From a virus: a stretch of DNA of 64,000 nt. Positions within the stretch are counted from its first letter, which is position 1. The number at the start of each line of letters is the position of its first letter. The notes beneath the pieces are model-generated. The model made no database searches. It had not been told where the DNA came from and saw only the letters and a list, made by a program, of their open reading frames with translations. The position numbers and the translations under genes are program-made. This document shows, piece after piece, positions 1-7,270 of this stretch. The DNA is taken from positions 1 to 64,000 of IMG/VR virus record IMGVR_UViG_3300044999_000022; one strand, given 5' to 3'.

Positions 1-5
1 TTGTG

Positions 6-383
6 CTAGAGCGGCCAGCGTGGTTTGGGTAGCTGGACCTCGTCCTTTGCTGCTAGATGGAAACCCATTCCGCGACAGCATCGACAGTTGCGAACATTTG
101 CCAGCGGCGGCCCTATCCAGCCGCGGTTACCTCCTAGGTTTTTCTCCCGTCGTAGTTCCTTCGGGACGTCGCCCCACGCCGGGCGCCCATCAGCACGCGT
201 GAGCAGTGCTTGTGTACCTCCCGCACACTTGGAGCAGGGCCGCTTGAATAGGACGAGATTTGGGTTTATGAATACGATCTTGAAGTGCTCCCGCCACAGG
301 CGTCTCAGCAAGTAGCAAAATAGCGCTGCAGTGCTAAGGCAAAGCACAAGGAAGACGGCCCAGAGCCAGTAGAAAAAGGTCAT
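6..383 (-). CDS. Hypothetical membrane protein with DnaJ-like Cys motifs
   Basis: N-terminal hydrophobic helix; CSKCAG and CRCCRGMG motifs. Confidence 0.6.
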   Translation of the reverse strand: MTFFYWLWAVFLVLCLSTAALFCYLLRRLWREHFKIVFINPNLVLFKRPCSKCAGGTQALLTRADGRPAWGDVPKELRREKNLGGNRGWIGPPLANVRNCRCCRGMGFHLAAKDEVQLPKPRWPL

Positions 384-457
384 TCGGGCGCTCTTTCAGT
401 GCATATGTGACTGCCTACCCAGAGGCATTCGCATTGCTCGCACCAGTTCAGATGCAT
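380..457 (-). CDS. Small Cys/His peptide (MHLNWCEQCECLWVGSHICTERAPE), below ORF-track cutoff
   Basis: Fills the gap between two genes; stop overlaps next start (ATGA). Confidence 0.45.
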   Translation of the reverse strand: MHLNWCEQCECLWVGSHICTERAPE

Positions 458-1140
458 TCCGCACTCGATGCAGCGTTCCTCCGCGTCAACGCGCGGGAAC
501 AGCATAAGCGGGAGTCGCGGCGGCCTTGCTTCCGCTGCAGCTCTTGGAGGATCGGGATGTCTTTCCGTGGGATCGTCTTCTCTCGCCAGTCGCAGTCGGT
601 AAGGGTGTGGACCGGAGGCCGGCCTTCCATGAGGGCGACGAACTCCTCGGCCCAGATTTGAGTGGCCATCTGGTTCTCCGCCGTGACTACGTTGCCGTCC
701 CGGACCATAGATACTGGTGACAGGACGGCGCCTGCCCGTCTAAGCAGGTCTTTTTCGCGGATGAGCGGGAAACAAGTGACCGTCCGGCCTTTGATAGCCG
801 GTATGAGTACCGGTACGGTGATGCAGATAGCGGCGACAGGCTTGCCGAATGCCGCGAAGGCCCTTACGTACTCCAGTGCCTGCAGATTAGTCCAGTATGC
901 CTCCGAGTCTCTCATGGTACCGGACGTAAACATCAGACCGTCGAAGGTGTCCGGATCGGGCGGGGAGTCATAGATGGTCTGCTTGAGCCGGCGCTTGTCC
1001 CCGGTTACCTCATCCTCGATGACGGTATCCGTCGATCGGACCTCGAACGTATGACCGGCGCTCTTGATGACACTCAGTGCAGTGAAGAGCTCGTTGCCGC
1101 TTAAATTGAAGTGACAACAACAGACGTTGAGCACTCTCAT
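448..1140 (-). CDS. DJ-1/PfpI family protein (class I glutamine amidotransferase-like fold)
   Basis: N-terminal Glu (GNEL), FDGLMFTSG, nucleophile elbow GKPVAAIC, GRTVTC and VRDGNVVTA motifs. Confidence 0.85.
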   Translation of the reverse strand: MRVLNVCCCHFNLSGNELFTALSVIKSAGHTFEVRSTDTVIEDEVTGDKRRLKQTIYDSPPDPDTFDGLMFTSGTMRDSEAYWTNLQALEYVRAFAAFGKPVAAICITVPVLIPAIKGRTVTCFPLIREKDLLRRAGAVLSPVSMVRDGNVVTAENQMATQIWAEEFVALMEGRPPVHTLTDCDWREKTIPRKDIPILQELQRKQGRRDSRLCCSRALTRRNAASSAECI

Positions 1141-1141
1141 T

Positions 1142-1609
1142 CTAAATCACCTCCTGACAGCCGCAATCGGTAGGCGGCTCTCCATGACGTTCTAGAAACG
1201 CCTTATGATAGGCTTCGATCGCCTCTTCGCGCGTGCCGAACTGTCCTACGTAGATGTTACTGCTCAGCGCTGCGCGCCAGCGTGTCTTGAACTTCCTGAC
1301 TCCCCGGTGGCCTGACGTGTTAGAGCTGGGCAGCTTACTGCGGGCTGCGTTGTGACGGTGATTGGTCTCTTGCAGGTTGGACCTAGTGTTGTCGAGGCCG
1401 TTGTTATTGATGTGGTCCGTCATTGCGCGTCCGGTAAGGAATGAGTGCATGCCTCTAGGTAGCTGCGCACGTAGTGCGTACCAGTGGCCGTTAATGAAGG
1501 CAGCCGCCCAGTTGAATTGGATCACGCGGCGGTAATCCTCAGGGCTGACTAGTGCAATCTTGTCCTGTGTCAGCAGGACTAGGGCCGCGATGTCTCGTTT
1601 AGTGCGCAT
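1142..1609 (-). CDS. HNH endonuclease with C-terminal AP2-like DNA-binding domain
   Basis: DHINNNGLDNTRSNL HNH motif followed by NTSGHRGV..RWRA..YVGQFGTREEA AP2 motif; start moved to MRTKRD at 1609. Confidence 0.85.
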   Translation of the reverse strand: MRTKRDIAALVLLTQDKIALVSPEDYRRVIQFNWAAAFINGHWYALRAQLPRGMHSFLTGRAMTDHINNNGLDNTRSNLQETNHRHNAARSKLPSSNTSGHRGVRKFKTRWRAALSSNIYVGQFGTREEAIEAYHKAFLERHGEPPTDCGCQEVI

Positions 1610-1721
1610 CCGCCTCATCTCGCCCTTTGCAGTCTTCTGGACAGAGTTCCTGAACCTGGTGGCCGTGAGCTGTATAGAACAGGGCGGCGTACCGCTGCAT
1701 GAACCAGTAGTCATCGTCCAT
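1599..1721 (-). CDS. Small hypothetical protein (40 aa, MDDDYWFMQRY...)
   Basis: TAATG coupling to the upstream gene stop; fills the gap before the HNH gene. Confidence 0.45.
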   Translation of the reverse strand: MDDDYWFMQRYAALFYTAHGHQVQELCPEDCKGRDEADAH

Positions 1722-2134
1722 TACTCTGCCTCGATCTCCTTGACGTGCTCGTCCTCATCGTCGAGATCCGGGATGTCCTCATCGCGGTCCCCGCCGTACG
1801 TGCCGGCAGGTACAGTGTTGACCTTGACTTTGGTGATGTCGTTATGCTGCTCGTTGGGGACGCCGTTCTCGTCCAGATCCGTGCGCGCGAGGAAGATCTC
1901 GCCGCCGCGCTGGAAGAGCTGGATGGGCAGCTCGTGGTTGCGGATGTATGCGTTGAGGCTAGAGCTCAGGCTCATGAGGGACTGCTGTACACCCGTGCGG
2001 TCGAGCTGGGCGACAGGCTTACCGGTCTCGAGGTATGCCTTAAGGATAGGGTAGGACACCCGCCCACGGTGTGCGGTGCGGAAGTTGGGAACGTCTTCGG
2101 GCTTGACGTCGATGAAGCGGACCATTGCGGACAC
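1721..2134 (-). CDS. Hypothetical, probable small DNA-binding protein with acidic tail
   Basis: First gene after consensus promoter, RBS present; HRGRVSYP N-motif and helix-strand-strand pattern. Confidence 0.65.
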   Translation of the reverse strand: MSAMVRFIDVKPEDVPNFRTAHRGRVSYPILKAYLETGKPVAQLDRTGVQQSLMSLSSSLNAYIRNHELPIQLFQRGGEIFLARTDLDENGVPNEQHNDITKVKVNTVPAGTYGGDRDEDIPDLDDEDEHVKEIEAE

Positions 2135-2161
2135 CCTTGCCTTTCTTCCTGTCTTAGTTAT

Positions 2162-2190
2162 ATTATACTTCAGACTTCGAAGAAAAGCAA
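2162..2190 (-). promoter_or_regulatory. Sigma70/HrdB-type promoter TTGCTT-N17-TATAAT
   Basis: Near-consensus hexamers with 17-nt spacer in an AT-rich island. Confidence 0.75.
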
Positions 2191-2498
2191 GAGATATAAA
2201 TAGTTAACTTTAGAAACGACAGATCACTTAGGCAGATGCCGCCTGAGCAAGCGCACGTGCAGCGGTCTTCAGGGACTTCGAGGTGGTTCATTAGGGCTCG
2301 AATGACTCGCATGTATCGCTCCCATAGTATGGAGGTAGATGGAAGCCAGCGAAGTTCCCATTCAAACACGCCTGAGCGGTTTATTCCTAGAGCTAGCGAG
2401 ATTGTGCGGCCGCGAAAGCCACAGTCTTCGCGAATTGTTCTAAACCGCCCGAGTCGCTGCCACTCGTGAAATTCTAGGATGGTTGTAGGTACTTCCAT
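2163..2498 (-). CDS. XRE-like helix-turn-helix protein
   Basis: FRTIREDCGFRGRTISLALGINRSGVFEWE matches HTH_3 pattern. Confidence 0.65.
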   Translation of the reverse strand: MEVPTTILEFHEWQRLGRFRTIREDCGFRGRTISLALGINRSGVFEWELRWLPSTSILWERYMRVIRALMNHLEVPEDRCTCACSGGICLSDLSFLKLTIYISCFSSKSEV

Positions 2499-2932
2499 TA
2501 CTTCTCGTTCAGTCGGGGTGTCTTGCGGAATGCGGGTGGGACGTCCTGTAGTTCTTGGTTGGCTTGCTCTACAGCGACGAGCTCGTATGGGAGCTTTGTG
2601 GTCCGGAGGTACTCGCGGATGAGATCCGGCATGGATCTCTCTCCGCGCCTAACGGATGCGTCGTCTTCTCCCAGCAGGAAGGCGGCGAGCATGTCAAAGC
2701 GGGCGTAGACGGCGGCCGTACCCTTTTCGATTGACGCTATCTGTATATCGTTGTACTCCTTTAGGCCTTCCTCGACGGTATGCTCGATGCGATGCCTGAT
2801 CTCTTCGCTGCCGGTGTACTTCCTGGCCTCGTCGATCAGCCTAGTCATGTCCTTGACAAGGGCGTGCCCTTCCCGAATGACCTTGCGCTGCTCCATCAGG
2901 AGGTCGCGAAGTTCCTGCCAATCATCACTCAT
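2498..2932 (-). CDS. Hypothetical coiled-coil protein
   Basis: Start MSDDWQELR with GAGGAG RBS; TAATG coupling downstream. Confidence 0.65.
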   Translation of the reverse strand: MSDDWQELRDLLMEQRKVIREGHALVKDMTRLIDEARKYTGSEEIRHRIEHTVEEGLKEYNDIQIASIEKGTAAVYARFDMLAAFLLGEDDASVRRGERSMPDLIREYLRTTKLPYELVAVEQANQELQDVPPAFRKTPRLNEK

Positions 2933-3077
2933 TGGAGGTCTCCTCAAGCCAGGAGGTAAGGGCGTCGATAGCTTGGGCCGCTTGGGAGCGGGACAGGCAG
3001 AGATAGAAGTCGCCGTTGTGGAGGTCGACGGCGACGCCCTTGGGAGCCTCCGGGCACTTATCGGCAAATACTGCCAT
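2925..3077 (-). CDS. Small hypothetical protein (MAVFADKCPEAP...)
   Basis: TAATG coupling to upstream gene. Confidence 0.5.
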   Translation of the reverse strand: MAVFADKCPEAPKGVAVDLHNGDFYLCLSRSQAAQAIDALTSWLEETSNE

Positions 3078-3277
3078 TAGTGGATCTCCTGTCCTAGGCC
3101 GACGAGAAAGACTGCGACGCCGCCGATCGTGAGGATGATGCCTGGGATCGCTCCAGCAAGGGCTCCCAGTTCCCAGTCGAGGGCTCCGAGAAGCGCTACT
3201 AGAAGAAAGGCGATAATGATGCCTCCTGGAGGGCAACACAGGCCGATGATCATGAGCAGGTCGAAGTGTAGTGTCAT
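3077..3277 (-). CDS. Small two-TM membrane protein (MTLHFDLLMII...)
   Basis: GGAGG RBS, ATGA overlap with 3274..3552, two hydrophobic segments; in frame with the longer 3077..3985 ORF. Confidence 0.6.
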   Translation of the reverse strand: MTLHFDLLMIIGLCCPPGGIIIAFLLVALLGALDWELGALAGAIPGIILTIGGVAVFLVGLGQEIH

Positions 3278-3985
3278 GCTTCCTCCGTTGGGACGGCGAG
3301 GTAGCCCGTTAGCGTCCATATTCGGCCTTTGCCCTCGGCTGAGAATATGGGGTCGGGCATCTGCGGGTAGTAGCGCGCGTGTGCTACAAGCGTGTTGACG
3401 ATCTTCCAGTCGGGCGACTCGGATAGAAACGGTTCGGAGGACAGGATCACGACGAGATCGCCTGGTTCGGGGCGGGGCTCCCAGGTGCTCCACGGTAGGG
3501 ACTGTATCGCCCGCCCATAAGTGCTTGCCGTCGATGCTTCTTGGACTGCCACCTGGCTCCTCCCTAGTAAAGTAGACCTCGTAGTAGTCGTATAGGACCG
3601 CCCAGACGGTATCCTCGTCCCCCGTCTGTGTCAGCTTCTCGAGAAGCATCCAGGCAGCTGTCCCACTACAATCCCACCAGCAGAGGTCGTCGCCGAGAAT
3701 GAGGCAGTCTTCTATAACCGACCAGCCTTCGCGTTCCGTGCGCGAATGGAACCCGATGACGTTAGCGATAACCTGTATACCCTTGCGCCAAATGCCTATT
3801 GAGACTGGGCGGTCTGTAGGCCATCGGACGAGGTCGAACGTTACGGCTCCCGCGGGACCTTCTAGGACCCATATCCGTATAGTCTCGACACCTACCTGGT
3901 CAAGGCGGTGCCAACACTTCAGGCCCTGGAACTCTGTCCGGATCGGCCGCACTGCACGGAGCAGCGCTGGCAGGTTATCGGCCAT
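3077..3985 (-). CDS. Hypothetical protein (N-terminal ~140 aa globular; reads through over nested gene)
   Basis: ORF track; N-terminal part has W/C/H-rich phage-protein composition. Confidence 0.5.
   Translation of the reverse strand: MADNLPALLRAVRPIRTEFQGLKCWHRLDQVGVETIRIWVLEGPAGAVTFDLVRWPTDRPVSIGIWRKGIQVIANVIGFHSRTEREGWSVIEDCLILGDDLCWWDCSGTAAWMLLEKLTQTGDEDTVWAVLYDYYEVYFTREEPGGSPRSIDGKHLWAGDTVPTVEHLGAPPRTRRSRRDPVLRTVSIRVARLEDRQHACSTRALLPADARPHILSRGQRPNMDANGLPRRPNGGSMTLHFDLLMIIGLCCPPGGIIIAFLLVALLGALDWELGALAGAIPGIILTIGGVAVFLVGLGQEIH
3274..3552 (-). CDS. Hypothetical protein nested within the 3077..3985 ORF
   Basis: GGGAGGAG RBS before GTG; stop overlaps next start; protein-like composition. 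Confidence 0.6.
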   Translation of the reverse strand: MAVQEASTASTYGRAIQSLPWSTWEPRPEPGDLVVILSSEPFLSESPDWKIVNTLVAHARYYPQMPDPIFSAEGKGRIWTLTGYLAVPTEEA

Positions 3986-4091
3986 AAGCCGCGGAGCCCT
4001 TTAGTGAGGTACCACCCTATTGCGATGTAGACGATGACTCCTCCGAGTATCGCAGAAGCGATGCACAGCAGGATCCATGCATAGGTCGGCA

Positions 4092-4406
4092 TCACGTTGC
4101 CCCTCCGAGTTCGCCCAATACTGTCCCGGTCCTTGGACACAGCCACATGAGATACCATCCACCGCTCCGTTTCTCGTACTTGATGTCTAGCTGCTTATCG
4201 CCGTTATATGGATGGCTGTATCCGCAGTTCTTGCAGTACAACCCGTGAGACCTCGGGAGAGGGCGCTCCCGCTGACTGATCCGCCATCTAAGATAGTCTG
4301 TCCAGCGGTCCGGTAGCGGGAGCGACTCTCCGTTCATCATGCCTGCCTTGAGCGTACGTAGCGCGTAAAGTGGATCTGAATCGGCGCAGTGTTCTCGGCT
4401 AGCCAT
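4092..4406 (-). CDS. Hypothetical Zn-ribbon protein
   Basis: CKNCG...H and WLCPRTG motifs. Confidence 0.55.
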   Translation of the reverse strand: MASREHCADSDPLYALRTLKAGMMNGESLPLPDRWTDYLRWRISQRERPLPRSHGLYCKNCGYSHPYNGDKQLDIKYEKRSGGWYLMWLCPRTGTVLGELGGAT

Positions 4407-4636
4407 GCATAGGCTGCTGTGAAGCGCGCCAGCGTGTCGCTATACACGGTTACAACATCCGTCGCCCAGTCGATGTCGGCTTCTGAGTCTGCAGTCCAGT
4501 GTTCGACGAGCCAGCCGTAAAAGTCCGCTGCCTCCCCGAGGCCGCTGCTCGAGATGTTCTCGCCCTCGTAGCGGCCCTGATCTGACATTTCCTTGATAGA
4601 GTCGAACTCGACGGTGAGTATCCACCCGTCGGTCAA
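4337..4636 (-). CDS. Hypothetical acidic protein
   Basis: GGAGG RBS before TTG start. Confidence 0.55.
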   Translation of the reverse strand: MTDGWILTVEFDSIKEMSDQGRYEGENISSSGLGEAADFYGWLVEHWTADSEADIDWATDVVTVYSDTLARFTAAYAWLAENTAPIQIHFTRYVRSRQA

Positions 4637-4645
4637 TCTGTCCTC

Positions 4646-4981
4646 CTAGCCGTCCTCGTCTTTAAGTTTAGGGGGTAGCTTGCCGAGCTCCCGCAGGAGG
4701 TCATCGGCCTCGTCTATTCTAATGACCTTGCGTCCACATTGGCACGTGTATGTCGGTAGGCGACCCCTTCGGATATAACCGTATACCTGCGGCGACTGTA
4801 CAGGACGTATCTTGCTGTATTGGACTGGGGTTGCAAACGGCTGGTCTTCGACCTCATCCGCTCGCATCTGCCGAATAGTCTCGTCGATGTCAGGCAATAA
4901 GCCCCTCCCCGTTATCACGTCCGACGTACTCATAGGCGACGTGGCGAACGTTAGGGCAGCTGCAGGTTCGCGAGTCATCAC
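4646..4981 (-). CDS. Excisionase/MerR-like HTH DNA-binding protein
   Basis: SPQVYGYIRRGRLP..GRKVIRIDEAD resembles HTH_17; start uncertain. Confidence 0.6.
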   Translation of the reverse strand: MMTREPAAALTFATSPMSTSDVITGRGLLPDIDETIRQMRADEVEDQPFATPVQYSKIRPVQSPQVYGYIRRGRLPTYTCQCGRKVIRIDEADDLLRELGKLPPKLKDEDG

Positions 4982-5138
4982 GCTTGTATACTTCAGAGGG
5001 CAGCATAGGAAACATGTTCCATTGTGTAAGGTATCCCGGAGTGCCGGATGGGGGGAACTTGAAGAGCTTAGGCGGGTCCTCCCATTCGACTTCCGCTCCG
5101 TCTTGCGGCCCCCACTGCATGCAAAGAATGTAGGTCAT
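4890..5138 (-). CDS. Hypothetical protein
   Basis: ATGA coupling to upstream gene; GPQDG motif common in small phage proteins. Confidence 0.5.
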   Translation of the reverse strand: MTYILCMQWGPQDGAEVEWEDPPKLFKFPPSGTPGYLTQWNMFPMLPSEVYKRDDSRTCSCPNVRHVAYEYVGRDNGEGLIA

Positions 5139-5350
5139 TGATAGTACTCGTGCACCGTCAGTTGACTGAACCGGAGAATGGCTAGGTACTGCTCTTGGGT
5201 TAGGGTTACTTGTCCGTAGCCGGGACGGCTAATCTCTACGGTAAGGTCGCTGTTCGTCTTGAAGGTAACGCCGCTTGCTGTGATCGATACCTCTGGGACA
5301 ACGTGCGCTATGGGCACGGACGGGATGTTCGCGTTAGTCAGTTCGCTCAT
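5135..5350 (-). CDS. Hypothetical protein (MSELTNANIP...)
   Basis: GGAAGG RBS before ATG at 5350. Confidence 0.6.
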   Translation of the reverse strand: MSELTNANIPSVPIAHVVPEVSITASGVTFKTNSDLTVEISRPGYGQVTLTQEQYLAILRFSQLTVHEYYQ

Positions 5351-5369
5351 TGCTCTTCCTTCCCTCAAG

Positions 5370-5476
5370 GTCCCGCTCGAGCCTATGTAGTCCAACGCAT
5401 GCCGTACGGACTACTATTCAGTTGTCGTGGCGCCGCTCCCGCCGTTCACACGGGCGCGACGTAGCTCGAGCGGGAC
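5370..5476 (-). ncRNA. Candidate structured RNA (three-way junction)
   Basis: 13-bp closing stem GTCCCGCTCGAGC/GCTCGAGCGGGAC enclosing GTAGTCC/GGACTAC and GTCG-CGCC/GGCG-CGAC arms in an intergenic gap. Confidence 0.5.
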
Positions 5477-5488
5477 GTTCAGGGGAGG

Positions 5489-5956
5489 TTAAACGATGCG
5501 GAAGGCCATCGTCGGCACCCACCCCCAGCCCCACTGATACCATCCAACCCGAGTACCTGGCTCCTCGGCCTGGAACGCGATGTGGTACCATCTGGTGTCG
5601 AAGGTAACATGGCCCGAGCCGAAGAACAGGACGTCGCCTCGGCGGGCATCTTCTAGCGAGATGCGCTCGAAGTGTCCCTCTCCCATTGTGGCGAGCATCT
5701 CGTATGTGTCCCGACCGATCCAGATTCCCGTCGCCTTCTTGACGGCGGTAGACACGAGACCTGAACAGTCGTATGTATACGGGCCCGTAGCCCCGTACTG
5801 ATACCAGTCGCCGGTAGCGTTAGCCTCGGCCCAGCTGAGCGCCGCTCCTCCGTAGTTCGGAGCGGTGCTTGCCTGTGCCGTGACTTGAGGGCCGACGGTC
5901 AGCCCTGCTAGGGTGAGGCAGCCGGCCATGACGAGGTGGCGCCAGTCAGCACCCAT
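5489..5956 (-). CDS. Secreted NlpC/P60 peptidoglycan endopeptidase
   Basis: Signal peptide ending AQA; YQYGATGPYTYDCSGLV, GDVLFF and GHV catalytic motifs. Confidence 0.9.
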   Translation of the reverse strand: MGADWRHLVMAGCLTLAGLTVGPQVTAQASTAPNYGGAALSWAEANATGDWYQYGATGPYTYDCSGLVSTAVKKATGIWIGRDTYEMLATMGEGHFERISLEDARRGDVLFFGSGHVTFDTRWYHIAFQAEEPGTRVGWYQWGWGWVPTMAFRIV

Positions 5957-6752
5957 CGTACGGCCTCCAGTTGTCCTCGCCTCCGCGGGCCATTGCGTTG
6001 CCGAACACTCGGTTCTGTTCGGCGACCGATGCGTGTCCGAAGTCGGCCGGTGAACCACCGTAGGCGGCCCAGGTGGACGCGCTGAACTGGTACAGGCCGT
6101 AGTGGCCAGTCGAGTTCATCACCTGTGACTGGCCGCCGGATTCCCGGGCGATCACGCATGCCTGGAAGCTGCCGTCGCCGGCAGTCGAGACGGCCTGGTT
6201 GTAGGGCGACGATGTCGCGCTGTAACCCGGCGGGTTCTGGACCGCGCTCTGATAGGCAGCCAGCGTCTGCCTCGCGCGGTTAACGGCATTGACGGCCGCT
6301 CCATACGCGGGGTGGCTGGCGAGGGTGGCCTTGAGTTCCTGGCCCGGCTCGATCAGGTTGGGGTTCTGGCCGATGACCCGCTCGTTGGAGGCATACAACC
6401 AGGGCCACTTGTCCGGGTTGCCGAACAGCTTTTGGGAGATGCCTGACAGGGTATCGCCGGCCTTGACGACGTAGTCCGTGATGGCCGCTGGAGCGTACTT
6501 GCGGAGCGGTGTGGTGTAGAAGTGTGGGTGGAACAGTTGCGTATTTGAGCTGGCGCTGTCATTGGAGACGAGCGCTACGTGAGAGCTGGGAGTTGTTACT
6601 GCTGATTGCGATGCGACTACCAATGCGGTTACAGCGAGTGCACCCCCCGCGGTTGCCGCCGCCCTGACTACAGGGTGAGGCGTGGCGGGGGCTACGTGGC
6701 GTCCAGGCTTAACTATGCCTGCGTGTCGGCCACGTCGTGTCTTGCTATGCAT
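5946..6752 (-). CDS. Secreted LysM + Rpf-like lytic transglycosylase
   Basis: GRH-containing signal peptide; LysM (YVVKAGDTLSGI..NPNLIEPGQEL); C-terminal CVIARESGG..HYGLYQFSASTW..ASVAEQ..W..C. Confidence 0.88.
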   Translation of the reverse strand: MHSKTRRGRHAGIVKPGRHVAPATPHPVVRAAATAGGALAVTALVVASQSAVTTPSSHVALVSNDSASSNTQLFHPHFYTTPLRKYAPAAITDYVVKAGDTLSGISQKLFGNPDKWPWLYASNERVIGQNPNLIEPGQELKATLASHPAYGAAVNAVNRARQTLAAYQSAVQNPPGYSATSSPYNQAVSTAGDGSFQACVIARESGGQSQVMNSTGHYGLYQFSASTWAAYGGSPADFGHASVAEQNRVFGNAMARGGEDNWRPYDGC

Positions 6753-6806
6753 CTAGTCGAACCTTTCATGCGGGGATATGTTCACTGAAGAACTGATGAG
6801 AACAAT

Positions 6807-7025
6807 TCAGGGTAATGATGATCCACCTCCTTTCGAGGTCAGGAAGGACACGGTCCCCCGCTCAGGGTCACTGTGAATGGTAATGAGCAGCCCTAGCTTT
6901 TCCGCCTGATAGCGTAGCCGATGCGTAAGGCTGTTCATATCTTCGGGCTTAACCTCCCTTGCGGTCTGCCAATGTGCAGTGGCCGCCGAGAACTTCAACG
7001 GTTCGGTGAAATCTTCAACAGCCAC
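6807..7025 (-). CDS. Small hypothetical, probable DNA-binding protein
   Basis: First gene after promoter; similar to 9165..9377 and 11575..11901. Confidence 0.6.
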   Translation of the reverse strand: MAVEDFTEPLKFSAATAHWQTAREVKPEDMNSLTHRLRYQAEKLGLLITIHSDPERGTVSFLTSKGGGSSLP

Positions 7026-7055
7026 TAGACCTCCGGGTCTTTTTTGTATACATTT

Positions 7056-7085
7056 ATTATATCATAAACCACCTTTCGTGGTCCA
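7056..7085 (-). promoter_or_regulatory. Promoter TGGACC-N18-TATAAT with extended -10 TG
   Basis: TGaTATAAT in an AT-rich island upstream of the 6807..7025 gene. Confidence 0.7.
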
Positions 7086-7117
7086 GCGGGCCTCTGTGGA
7101 AATTTTTAGCTCGCGGG

Positions 7118-7267
7118 CTAGGGCTGTTCTAGATCACGGCCGTCTGGTTCCAGCGGTATATTCGGGTTTGGATCACACTTTAGGCAGACGACTTTGATGT
7201 TCGGGTCGTCTGACCGGGCGGCTAGCTCGACTCCGCATAGATAGCAGAAGCGCTTGTACCAGGACAT
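7118..7267 (-). CDS. Small Zn-ribbon protein (MSWYKRFCYLCG...VCLKCDP, 49 aa)
   Basis: Two CxxC pairs; starts 3 nt after the PolB-like stop; below ORF-track cutoff. Confidence 0.6.
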   Translation of the reverse strand: MSWYKRFCYLCGVELAARSDDPNIKVVCLKCDPNPNIPLEPDGRDLEQP

Positions 7268-7270
7268 ATG

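Noticed and set aside
4646-4981. Excisionase-like HTH as evidence of a temperate lifestyle
   Set aside because: No integrase, att site or clear repressor cassette in the window; such HTH proteins are common in lytic phages. Lifestyle is left undetermined.
6753-6806. c-di-AMP (ydaO) riboswitch upstream of the Rpf gene, as in Streptomyces rpfA
   Set aside because: The gap is only about 54 nt, too short, and lacks the expected architecture.
6780-6812. CTGATGAG on the + strand as a hammerhead ribozyme core
   Set aside because: No stem II followed by GAAA and no stems I/III could be built.
7185-7212. Hairpin CAGACGAC/GTCGTCTG as a terminator or template RNA for the PolB-like enzyme
   Set aside because: It lies inside a credible 49-aa Zn-ribbon ORF and has no U-tract.
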